From Macrostomum lignano (Eukaryota), in NCBI GenBank assembly GCA_002269645.1, contig NIVC01000022.1:248001-312000 (forward strand): a DNA stretch of 64,000 bases. The letters run 5' to 3'. Position numbers and translations under genes: made by a program. The stretch's first letter is position 1, and the number at the start of each line of letters is the position of its first letter. Of the stretch, positions 43,407 to 54,783 are shown piece after piece. The notes under the pieces are model-generated. The model was not told the DNA's origin. It worked only from the letters and a program-made list of their open reading frames with translations, and did no database searches.

Positions 43407-46400
43407 CAAGCTGTTGAAACCCGCGGATTTTGAACCCGGGGAATTCCAATCCCTGGAACTACTTTTGCATGTATTCTGAAATCTAAGGCAATACACAAAC
43501 AAAAACTTGTTAATAGTTAGTAAGATAGAGGTGGACATAAAATGGAGCACATTCGTGTAAAATTAGGGTTTGAGCCTGAGGCAAACATTGATATTGTTGG
43601 CTGGGGGTACTCCGCAGAATGTCAGGCAATGTCTGTCTGACTCTAAAACATGTATTGGCAAACTCTGGCCTCTCCCTGACTCTCCCTATGTCCCTTGGAT
43701 CCTTTAAAATTTCTATCGTCTCTTCTGTTTCCTTTCTTCTCTCTCATCCCTCGTCTCTACTCTTTCCTCTCTCTTCTCTCCTCTCTTCTCTCGTATCTTC
43801 CCTCATCTCTTCCCTATTCTTTTCTCTCTCCTCTCCTCTCTCCTTTCTACTTTTCGTTTTCTCTCTGCTCTCCTCTCTCCTCTCAACTCTTTCGTTTTCT
43901 CTCTCCTCTCCTCTCCTCTCTCCTCTCTCCCATCTTCTTTCGTATCCTCCCTCATCTTTCTTCTCTTTCATATCTCTTATCTTATCTCTTCCCTCTTCTT
44001 TTCTCTCTCCTCTCCTCTCTCCTCTCTCCCCCTCTTCTCTCGTCTCTTCCTTCTCCTCTCTATTCTTTTTTCTCATCTCTTAACTCTCTCCTTTACTCTC
44101 TCATCTCTCCTCTCTATCTCTACTCTTTCCTCTCTCTCTCATCTCTCCCCTCTTCTCTCGTCTCTTCCCTCACATCTTTCCTCTCTCTCTTTCCTTTTAT
44201 CTCTTTTCTTGTTTTATCTCTTCTCTCTCCCCTCGTCGCTCGTCTTTTCCCTCACCTCTCTTCTCTCTCGTCTGCTCTTTCATCTCTCCTTTCTCTTCTT
44301 TTATCTTTTCTCTCTTATCTCTTCTCGTTTCTCTCTGCTCTGCGCTCTCTCTCTCTCTCTTTCTCCCTCTCTCTCTCTCTTATCTCTCCTCTCCCGTCTC
44401 TCGTCTGTTCACCCTCATCTCTTCTCTCTCATCTGTCATCTTTACTCTCTTATACGTTCTCTCACTTATCTCCTCTGTACTCTTCTCTTTCACCTCTTCT
44501 GACTCCTCTCTTTCCTTTCTCCTTTCTCCTCTCCTCTTCTCTTCTCTTCCCTCTTCTATACTGTCTCCCTCTCTTGTCTGCTCTCGTCTCTCTGCACTCT
44601 CCTCTCACCTTTTTCATCTCTCATCTTTACTCTCTCATCTCTCCTTTAATCTGTCTCATCTCTACAATCTCATCTCTCCTTTCTCCCCTCTTCTTACACC
44701 CCTCTTATCTCTATCTCTTCTCTTCTCACTCCTCTCTCCCCCTCTTATCTCATTTCTTCTCTATCCTTTCTACTCTCTCCTCTCTAATCTCTCCTCTCCT
44801 CTTGACCCTCTGTCATCTTCTTTCTGCTCTCTCATATCTTCTCTCTTCTCACTCTTCTCTATTCTCCTCTCATCGATCCTCTGTCTCATCTCTACCCTCT
44901 TCTCACATTTACTCATCTCTACTCTCTTCTCACTCTTCTCTATTCTCCTCTCATCGATCCTCTGTCTCATCTCTCCTCTCTTCTCACATTTACTCTTTCC
45001 TCTCCCTCCTTTCTCCCCTCCTCTCGCTTCTTCCTCCCTTCTTCTCTGCTCTCTCCTCACCACTTGTCTCCCCTCTTATCTTCCATGTTTTCTTTATCCC
45101 CTCTCGCCTCTCCTCTCTTCTAAATAGTCTATTCCTTCTCCTTTCCACTCTCATCTGGCCCGCACATAAGCTGGATTCTTTTTCTGGCTTTTGAAGTAAA
45201 AGTCTGCCGATCCCTGCTTCGAAAGCCAGTTTGTGGGACGTACTACTCTCATCGTTGTTCTCATGCTTTGATCACGTCATCTTCCTTGCCAATTTGCAGC
45301 CCTGAAAGGAATTTTTGTATTTTCAGCTCCACTGCAGTCTGCATCAGTCTAACAACCAAGGAAATACGCATTTCTTAGGAGGCCATTTAAAATTTACACA
45401 CTACCTTTAAAAGAAACCTAAAATTTCCATGGGTGTGCCTAATTTAGTAGGGTTGTATTGCATTGTGCATTGCATCGCATCGCCTTTTCATAAATCTTTC
45501 GCTTTTACAAACCGCTTTTCGCTTTCGCTTTTTTGCTGGATTCCCTCGATCTGCCAATTGCCATCCACTGTTAAACTGCTGCAGAGTTTGCCAATACAGA
45601 GGAGGGGAGGGCAGTGATTAGAATTTCTCACTAATTAAACTGTTATGGCTAAACGTAGCCTCTCCACTCTCGGGGTGCGAGAAGGCTATAAAAAAGTTAT
45701 TCCAAAACACTGTACATTTGCTATGTACATTCAGTCCTATCGCCTGATCCTTCGTCTGGCTCTGGGGGAATGAGTGAGTGAGTGGCACAAACAACAGAAA
45801 AAGCAGACAAACTTCACACGCTTACAGTTTCTTTTCTGAAAGAGTTAGAGAGTTGTAACTCTACATTTAGACAGAGAATGAGTCAATGAAGAATTGTGTG
45901 AAGTTTGAAGTCAATCGCTTTATGTGAAGCAAACTTATGGCAGCTGAAAGTTAGTCAATTTTGAAACCCTTTTACACATCTGGGCCCAGATCGGTATCGG
46001 GAAAGAGAGGCAGGCGGGCGGAGGTTGGGGTGGTTGCTACGCTGAAAAAAACAGCCAAACTTTAAAAGTGCACAGCGCCGTTCAGGATTAACTTTCAGAC
46101 TCGAAATTTTACATGATTGTGCCAAAATAGTTGAAAATTGTCTGTGTCAAATTTGAAGAGAATCGGTAGAAGTGGAGCGGCGCTATGGAGGATTTAGTGA
46201 AAAAATTGCGCATTTTGAGCAGTTTTTTGCACTTTTAGGTAGGAAGACTCAAATTTAGGAAATTTAAAGGTAGCCTAAGACATTCTCCGTAGTGAGTTTA
46301 GGGTGGGTGTAAAATTTGGTGTCATTTAGTTGAGCGGTTTGGGAGTCCATAGCGATCAAAATTGTCCACACACAGACAGACAGACAGACAGAGTTTTGAT

Positions 46401-46413
46401 TTTTATAGGTAGA
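43407..46413 (-). mobile_element. Non-autonomous Helitron-like unit 1 (family A) with internal TC-rich low-complexity tract
   Basis: The minus strand starts TC-TACCTATAAAAATCAAAACTC-(TGTC)n and ends with a GC hairpin followed by TTTCAACAGCTTG|T. It is a near-copy of the units at 48791 and 51451. Confidence 0.65.
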
Positions 46414-48790
46414 CGAGGCCAACTCCTCCTTCGGAGAAGAAAGGGGAAGAACTCCCATCACCGGAATTCCATTCCCTGAAATATCCATCAACTGAAATTC
46501 CACGTTTTGAACCCTATCTTCCAAATCGTCTCCAAATTCTTTACAAAACTTTTCAAAGACCTTTACAAAACTTTTCTCCTCTCTCTTGACTCTCTTCTCT
46601 CTCCTCTCTCTTATCTCATCTCTACCCCTACTCCCTTATTTATCTCTTCTCCCTCGTCTTTCGTCTGTACCCTCTCCTGTCTCTTGTCCCGTCTCTTCTC
46701 TCTTATCTCTCCTTCTTCTCTCCTCTCTCATATGTCATCTCTACTCACTTATCAATCGTCTCTCTTAACCCTCTCTCTCTCACTTCTCTTTTTTTCCTCT
46801 CCCTGCTCCTTTCATCTTCTCCCCTCTCTTCTCTAATCTCTAATCTCTTCTCTCTTATGTTCTCACTCATCTCTTCTCATCGCATCTCTCATCTCTCCTC
46901 TCCTCTCCTCACTACTTTCCTCTCTTAACTCTCTCATCTCTGATCTTTCATCTCTCTCCTCTCTCCTCTCTCTCTTCTCCTTTCGCTTCTCTCTCCTCTC
47001 TCTCCTCTCATCTCTACTACCTTATTTATATCTTCTCCCTGGTCTTTTGTCTCTACTCTCTCCTGTCTCCTGTCTCCCCTCTTTTCTCCTCTCTTCTCTC
47101 TCCTCTCTCCCCTCCTCTCTCATCTCTCATCTCCTCATCTCACTCTTTCTTTCTCCTCTACTCTCCCCTCTCTTCTATTTCCTCTGTACGCTCTTATCCC
47201 TCATCTATTCTCTCTCCTATCATCTCTCTTGTCTCTCTCTGCTATCTCATATCTCCCATCTCATCTCCTCTCTCCTCTTCTCTTCTCTCTCCTTCGTTCT
47301 CGCCTTACTCCCCTTTTCTCTCCCATCTGTCATGTCTAATCTCTCCACTCATTTCTACTCTGTTTTCTATCATCTAATCTCTCTTCTCTTTTCATTCTTC
47401 TCTTTACTCTCTTCTCTGACTGATTGAAGATGCCAAATCCATCAAGATGCTCTCCGCGAAGCAGAAATCCTGTCCGTGCAACTGAAAACCGTCGAAATCC
47501 GCTCCGTGAAACTGGACTCCTTCGAAATCATCTCCTTGAAACTTAAATCCATCAAAATTGTCTCCATAAAACAGAACTCAATCATAAATTATCTCCGCGA
47601 AACAGAAATCCTCTCCGTGAAGCTGAACATCATCGAAATCCTCTCCGTGAAACTGAACACCATCGAAATCCTCTCCACGAAACAGAAATCCTCTCCGTCA
47701 AAATTAAAACATTGAAATCGTCTCCGCTAAACTGGACTCAATCGAATCTTTTCCGCCAAACAACTCAACTCTCCGGATTCATTGGTTAGGGTTAGGGTTA
47801 GGGTTAGGGTTAGAACTACACACAGCTAGCTTCGTGTTAAAAGGCACTGATGAAAATATTGAACTAATTGAATCAATTCATTGCGCAACCGATTTCACAG
47901 TCAGTCAGTCAGTATCAGTCTCAGTTAAAGTTAGCAAAAACATTGCGCAATCTAAATCAACCCTCCAATACACAGCAGCAGTGAGAAGTTGAACCCTCCC
48001 CCAACTTTATCTATTACGTCTCGCAAAACTGAGTACAATCTTTGCAGAAAGTTAAAAGTATGGAAATAGTTTTTCAAATGCTGTGCTTTTTCTTTTCATA
48101 TTTAAAGCAAACAATTTATATCCCCGAACTCAGCGTTGCAAGATCTTTCCAGCAATATAAGTCTCTCCTCTCAAAGTTTAAAACTCGAGGAACAGTTAGC
48201 GTTTGAAATTTACCGATTTCCCGACTGCTTGCTAGAGAAGCTCGCAATTCATTGAATTTCACTGCCAAACTAATACACAGGGCTGCCTATGGAGAAAAAA
48301 GGCGCCAATAATAATACCAATTGAATCTCGACACAGTCCTGACTCCTATCTATCTGTTTACACTGTACAACTGCTATGTACACTCAGCCCAAGCCCAACC
48401 CCCCGTTCTGGGGGGAAGCATTAAATTTAACTGAACCCCCCAACACGCGGGGGGGTTTTATTTCCACTCGCACCAACCACCCCTCAATACACAGCGGCCC
48501 GCGGGCGGAGGTTGGGGTGGCTATTTTTACAAACTGGCTTCAGCCCCAGGCAGAGTAGCCAAAGAAGGTTATTGGGGGTTAAAAAAGCAGTTTTCTGCTT
48601 TTTTAGGGACGTTAAAATGTGAAAATTAAAAATTAAAATAGCCTAAAGCCTGCTCCGGAAAATTTGCAGTTTTCCCATATAAGTTTCGACGCTGACTTGG
48701 CAGTATTGTAGGAGTTCACTTGCTACATACAGACAGACAGACAGACAGACAAACATCGCGTCAGTTTTAGTATTAGGAGAGAGAGAGAGA
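46414..48790 (-). mobile_element. Related non-autonomous Helitron-like unit 2 (family B)
   Basis: 5' TC(TC)n...(TCTG)n at 48722-48790; 3' hairpin CTCC-GAA-GGAG then ...CCTCG abutting the TC of unit 1. Shares GGAATTCCATTCCC, GGCGGAGGTTGGGGTGG and GCTATGTACA motifs with family A. Confidence 0.45.
47784..47813 (+). repeat. Short interstitial (TTAGGG)n tract
   Basis: Four full TTAGGG copies plus partial copies, directly after a degenerate 20/30-bp repeat block at 47450-47780. Confidence 0.85.
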
Positions 48791-49427
48791 CAAGCTGTTG
48801 AAACCCGCGGATTTTGAACCCGGGGAATTCCAATCCCCGGAACTACTTTTGCATGTATTCTGAAATCTAAGGCCATACACAAACAAATTAATGTTAGTAG
48901 GATAGAGCTGTAGACATAAAATGGAGCACATTCGTGTAAAATTAGGGTTTGAGGCAAACGTTGATATTGTTTGCTGGGGTACTCCACAGAATGCCAGGCA
49001 ATGTCTGTCTCTGACTCTAAAACATGTATTGGCAAACTCTGGCCTCTCCCTGACTCTCCCTATGTCCCTTGGATCCTTTAAAATTTCTATCGTCTCTTCT
49101 GTTTCCTTTCTTCTCTCTCCCCCTCTTCTCTCGTCTCTTCCTTGTCCTCTCTATTCTTTTCTCTCTTCTCTTAACTATCTCCTCTACTCTCTCATCTCTC
49201 CTCTCTATTCTTTCCTCTCTCTCTCCTCTCTCCCCTCTTCTCTCGTCTCTTCCCTCACATCTTTCCTCTCTCTCTTTCCTCTCATCTCTTTTCTTGTTTT
49301 ATCTCTTCTCTCTCCCCTCGTCGCTCGTCTCTTCCTTCACCTCTCTTCTCTCTCGTCCGCTCTTTTATCTCTCCTTTCTCTTCTTTTATCTTTTATCTCT
49401 TATCTCTTCTCGTTACTCTCTGCTCTG

Positions 49428-49489
<62 letters not shown>

Positions 49490-51450
49490 CCCCATCTCTC
49501 TTCTCTCTACTCTCTCCCCTCTTCATTCTCCTATTTCCTCTTCTCTCTCCCTGTCTCTCCTCTCTCCTCTAGTCTCTGTAATCTCTTCTCTCTTATCTCT
49601 CCTCTGTTCTCTCTACTCTCCCATCTCTCGTCTGTTCATCTGCTCTCTCATCTGTCATCTTTACTCTCTTATACGTTCTCTCACTTATCTCCTCTGTACT
49701 CTTCTCTTTCACCTCTTCTGACTCCTCTCTTTCCTTACTCCTTTCTTCTTTTCTCTTCCCTCTTCTCTATACTCTCTCTCCTCTATTATCTTCTCTCGTC
49801 TCTCTGCACTCTCCTTTCACCTTTTCTCTCATCTCTTCTTTGATCTGTCTCATCTCTACAATCTCATCTCTTTCCTCTCTCCTCCTCTTCCCTTTACTCT
49901 CTCATCTCTCCTTTCTCCCTCTTCTTTCACCACTCTCTTATCTCTATCTCTTCTCTTCTCACTCCTCTATCCCCCTCTTATCTCCTCTCTTCTCTATCCT
50001 TTCTACTCTCTCCTCTCTAATCTCTCCTCTCCTCTTGACCCTCTGTCATCTTCTTTCTGCTCTCTCATCTCTATTCTCTTCTCAATCTTCTCTACTCTCC
50101 TCTCTCATCGATCCTCTGTCTCATCTCTCCCCTCTTCTCACCTTTACTCTTTCCTCTCCTTCCTTTCTCCCCTCCTCTCGCTTCTTCCTCCCTTCTTCTC
50201 TGCTCTCTCCTCGCCACTTTTCCTTTTCACTTTCATCTGGCCCGCAGCCATGAGCTGGATTCTTTATCTGGCCTTTGAGATAAAAATCTGCCAATCCCTG
50301 CTTCGAAAGTACTATCATGGTTGTTATCATTTCTCATGCTTTAATCACGTCATTTTTCTGGCCAATTAGCAGCCCTGAGAGGAATTTGTGTATCTCCATT
50401 CTCCAGCTCCACCACCACAGTCTGCAGCAGTCTAACAACCAAGGAAATACGCATTTCTTAGGAGGCCATTTAAATTTTAAAGTTACTTTATTTGAATCTT
50501 AATGTTAAAATTTTCATGGTGTAACTAATTTAGTAGGATTGCATTGTAATCAGTTATTCATTAATTTTTCGCTATTTTTATAAACCATCCCACATCGCCT
50601 TGATTTTCCATCCTTGTTTAACTGCTGCGAGTCCCCTGCGACTTGTCTATACAGAGGAAAGTAGTTTGAATCTCTCGCTAAACTCTCTCCTCTCCACGCC
50701 TCTCCACTCGCGGGGGTACAGAGACGGCTATTAAAAAGTTATTCCAAAATACTGTACATTCGCTATGTACATTGAGCCCTATCGCCTGACCCTTCGTCTG
50801 GGCTGGGGGAATGAGTGAGTGAGTGGCACAAACAACAGAAAAAGCAGACAAACTTCACATGCTTACAGTTTCTGTTCTGATTGAGTTAGAGAGTTGAAAC
50901 TTTACATTTAGACAGAGAATGAATCAAAGAAGAATTGTGTTAAGTTAGAAGTCAATCGCTTCACGTGGAGCAAACTTATGGCAGCCGAAAGTTAGTCATT
51001 TTAAAACCTATTTACACCCTTTGCCCAGATCGGGAAAGAGGCAGGCGGGCGGAAGTTGGGGTGGCTGTCTCGCTGAAAAAAACAGCCAAACTTTAAAAGT
51101 GCACAGCGCCGTTCAGGATTAACTTTGAGACTCGAAATTTTACACGATTGTGTCAAAATAGTTGAAAATTGATTGTGTCAAATTTGAAGAGGATCGGTAG
51201 AAGTGGAGCGGCGCTAAGGAGGCTTTAGTAAAAAAATCGCGCATTTTGAGCAGTTTTTTGCACTTTTAGGTGGGAAGACTCAAATTTAGGAAATTAAAAA
51301 GTAGCCTAAGACATTCTCCGTAGTGAGTTTAGGGTGGGTGTAAAATTTGGTGTAATTTGGTTGAGCGGTTTGGGAGTCCATAGCGATCAAAATTGTCCAC
51401 AGACACACAGACAGACAGACAGACAGAGTTTTGATTTTTATATGTATAGA
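48791..51450 (-). mobile_element. Non-autonomous Helitron-like unit 3 (family A)
   Basis: CAAGCTGTTGAAACCCGCGG at 48791, (GACA)n-GAGTTTTGATTTTTATA at ~51405-51442, and a conserved ~1.2-kb body shared with units 1 and 4. Confidence 0.65.
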
Positions 51451-52680
51451 CAAGCTGTTGAAACCCGCGGATTTTGAGCCCGGGGAACTCCATTCCCCAG
51501 AATTATTTTTGCATGTAATCTAAAATCTGAGGTCAAACTCAAACAAAAACTTGTTAATAGTTAGGATGGAGTTAAACATAAAATAGAGTATAGATTCGTG
51601 TAAAATTAGGATTTGAAGCAAACATTGATATTGTTGGCTGGGGTGCTGCGCAGAATGTCAGGCAAACTCTGGCCTCTGCCTCTGCCTCTCCCTATGTACT
51701 TTGCATCCTTTAAAACTTCCATCTTCTTTTCTGTTTCCTATCTTCTCTCACGTCTCTCGTCTCCTCTTTTTCTCCTCTTATCTCTTCTTTCTTCTCTTCT
51801 CTGTCCTCTCTCCTCTCTCCCCTCTTCTCTCGTCTCTTCCCTCTCCCCTCTATTCTTTTCTCTCACCTCCCTTCTCTCTCGTCTTCGCTCTCTTATATCT
51901 CATTTCTCTTCTTTTATCTTCTCTCTCTCTCTCTTATCTTTTCTCATTTCTCTCTTCTCTCTCTCTCCTCTCTTCTCTCTGCTCTCTCCTGTCCTATCTC
52001 TCTTCTCTCTAATCTCTCCTCTCTTTCCTCTCCTCTCTCGTCCTTTTCACCAATTTCCCCTGTCCTCTCAATTCTCTCCCTTCCCCTCCTCTCTCCTCAC
52101 TCACTTCTCATCTCTCCCTTGTCCCCACATCTCATCTCTTATTTCTTATCTCTCCTCTCTTCTCTCTACTCTCCCATCTCTCGTCTATTCACTCTGGTTT
52201 CTGCTCTCTCATCTCCCCTCTCTCATCTGTCATCTTTACTCTCATATGTTCTCTCACCTCTCTCTTCTTGTACTCCTCTCTTTCCCCTTTTTTGACTCAG
52301 GACTCTCTTTCCTTTCTTCTTTCTTCTCGTCTCTTCTCTTCTCTCTTCTATACTCTCTCCCTCTCTTGTCTTCTCTCTTCTCTCTCCACTCTCCTCTCTC
52401 CTCTCTTATATCGTCTGTTCACTCTCATCTTTGCTCTCTCATATCCCTCTCTCTTCTGTCATCTCTACTCTCCTCTCTACTGTGTACTCTTCTCTTTCTC
52501 CTCTTCTGACTCCTCTCTTTCCTTACTCCTCTCTTCTCTTCCCTCTTCTATACTCTCACCCCTCTATTCTCTTCTCTCGTCTCTCTGCACTCTGCTCTCT
52601 CTTCCTTCATCTCTCATCTCTACTCTCTCATCTTTCCTTTCATCTCCCTCATCTCTCCTTTGTCCTCTCTTCTTTCTCAA

Positions 52681-52759
<79 letters not shown>

Positions 52760-54390
52760 ATCTCTTATCTCCTCTCTTCTCACTCCTCTCTCTCCCCCTC
52801 TTATCTCCTCTCTTCTCTATCCTTTCTAATCTCTTCTCTCGATGCTCTCTCATTTGCCTCTCTGTTCTCTCATCTCTCATCTCTTCTCACTCTTCTCCAC
52901 TCTCCTCTCTCATCGATCCTCTGTCTCATCTCTCCCCTCTTCTCTCTCCATCTTCTCACCTCTACTATTTCGTCTCCCTTCTCTCTCCCCCCTCTCGCTT
53001 CTTCGTCCCATATTCTCTGCTCTCTCCTCAACCCCCTCGTCTCTCCTGTTATCTTCTATCTGCTCTCTTATCCCCCTCTCGCCCCTCCTCCCTTTCTAAT
53101 AGTCTATTCCTTTTCCTTTTCACTCTCATCTGGCCCGCAGCCATGAGCTGGATTCTTTATCTGGCCTTTGAGATAAAAATCTGCCGATCCCTGCTTCGAA
53201 AGCCAGTTTGTGCATGGGATGGGAAGTAATACTATCATGGTTGTTATTTGTTATCATTTCTCATGCTTTAATCGCGTCATCTTTCTGGCCAATTAGCAGC
53301 CCTGAGAGGAATTTGTGTATCTCCATTCCCCAGCTCCACCACCAGTCTGCAGCAGTCTAACAACCAAGGAAATACGCATTTCTTCGTAGCCATTTCAATT
53401 TTAAAGTTACCTTATGCGAATCTTAATGTTAAAAGCTTCATGCTTTAACTAACTAATTTAGTAGGATTGCATTGTAATCAGTTATTCATTAATTTTTCGA
53501 TATTTTTACAAACCATCCCACATCGCCTTGATTTACCATCCTTGTTTAACTGCTGCAGACTTGTCTATTCAGAGGACAGTGGTTTGAAATTGAATCTCTC
53601 GCTAAACTCTCTCCTCTCCACGCCTCTCCACTCGCGGGGTACAGAGAAGGCTATTAAAAAGTTATTCCAAAACACTGTACATTCGCTATGTACATTGAGC
53701 CCTATCGCCTGACCCTTCGTCTGGCTCTGGGGGAATGAGTGAGTGAGTGGCACAAACAACAGAAAAAGCAGACAAACTTTACATGTTTACAGTTTCTGTT
53801 CTGATTGAGTTAGAGAGTTGAAACTTTACATTTAGACAGAGAATAAGTCAACGAAGAATTGTGTCAAGTTTGAAGTCAATCGCTTTACTTGGAGCAAACT
53901 TATGGCAGCTGAAAGTTAGTCAATTTTGAAACCCTTTTACACATCTGGGCCCAGATCGGGAAAGAGAGGCAGGCGGGCGGAGGTTGGGGTGGCTGCCTCG
54001 CTGAAAAAAACAGCCTAACTTTAAAAGTGCACAGCGGCTTTCAGGATTAACTTTGAGATTTGAAATTTTACACGATTGTGTCAAAATAGTTGAAAATTGA
54101 TTGTGTCAAATTTGAAGAGAATCGGTAGAAGTGGAGCGGCGCTATGGAGGATTTAGTGAAAAAATCGCGCATTTTGAGCAGTTTTTTGTACTTTTAGGTA
54201 GGAAGACTTGAGTCTAGGAAATTAAAAGGTAGCCTAAGACATTCTCCGTAGTGAGTTTAGGGTGGGTGTAAAGTTTGGTGTAATTTGGTTGAGTGGTTTG
54301 GGAGTCCATAGCGATCAAAATTGTCCACAGACACACAGACAGACAGACAGACAGACACACAGACAGAGTTTTGATTTTTATAGTTAGAGA
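51451..54390 (-). mobile_element. Non-autonomous Helitron-like unit 4 (family A)
   Basis: CAAGCTGTTGAAACCCGCGG at 51451 directly abuts unit 3. The 5' end reads A|TC on the minus strand at 54390, matching the Helitron A|TC...CTRR|T insertion rule (here CTTG). Confidence 0.65.
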
Positions 54391-54783
54391 TAAAAGAAGC
54401 CACAAAAGAAAAAATTGACTCTGCACAAACAAACAAGGCGAGCTAGGACAACGCGGGGCGTTAAAAACAGATCGGGGGGTGGGTGCGCGTGGGGCAGAGA
54501 AACGGGAGGGAGCTAGGGGCACGGCGGAGGGAGAGAAAGTACAATGTACTGAAGCGGCTTGCGAGTGGAAGCTTGAAAAGCAGCAAGCGAGCAAAAGATC
54601 TTGTGTATATTTGTTTAAGCATAGTCTTTATACTTGAGAGAATAGGGAGGTGTGAGTCAGAGCGAACTGGCTGGCTGGGCAAAACTCCCCAGCAGCCAGG
54701 CGTGCAGGGGCCTGTGCACAGGCGGGCCCCGCTCTCAACCGTGCACCAGTCTGGTCGCCACAGAGCTCCCCCCCAGCACCGAG

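Noticed and set aside
47476-47715. Pentapeptide-repeat-like ORF
   Set aside because: Interspersed 20-bp units break the frame and both strands hit stops; treated as non-coding repeat.
43619-53229. Leu/Ser-rich 'membrane protein' and Arg/Glu-rich ORFs
   Set aside because: Products of TC-rich low-complexity tracts inside the Helitron-like units.
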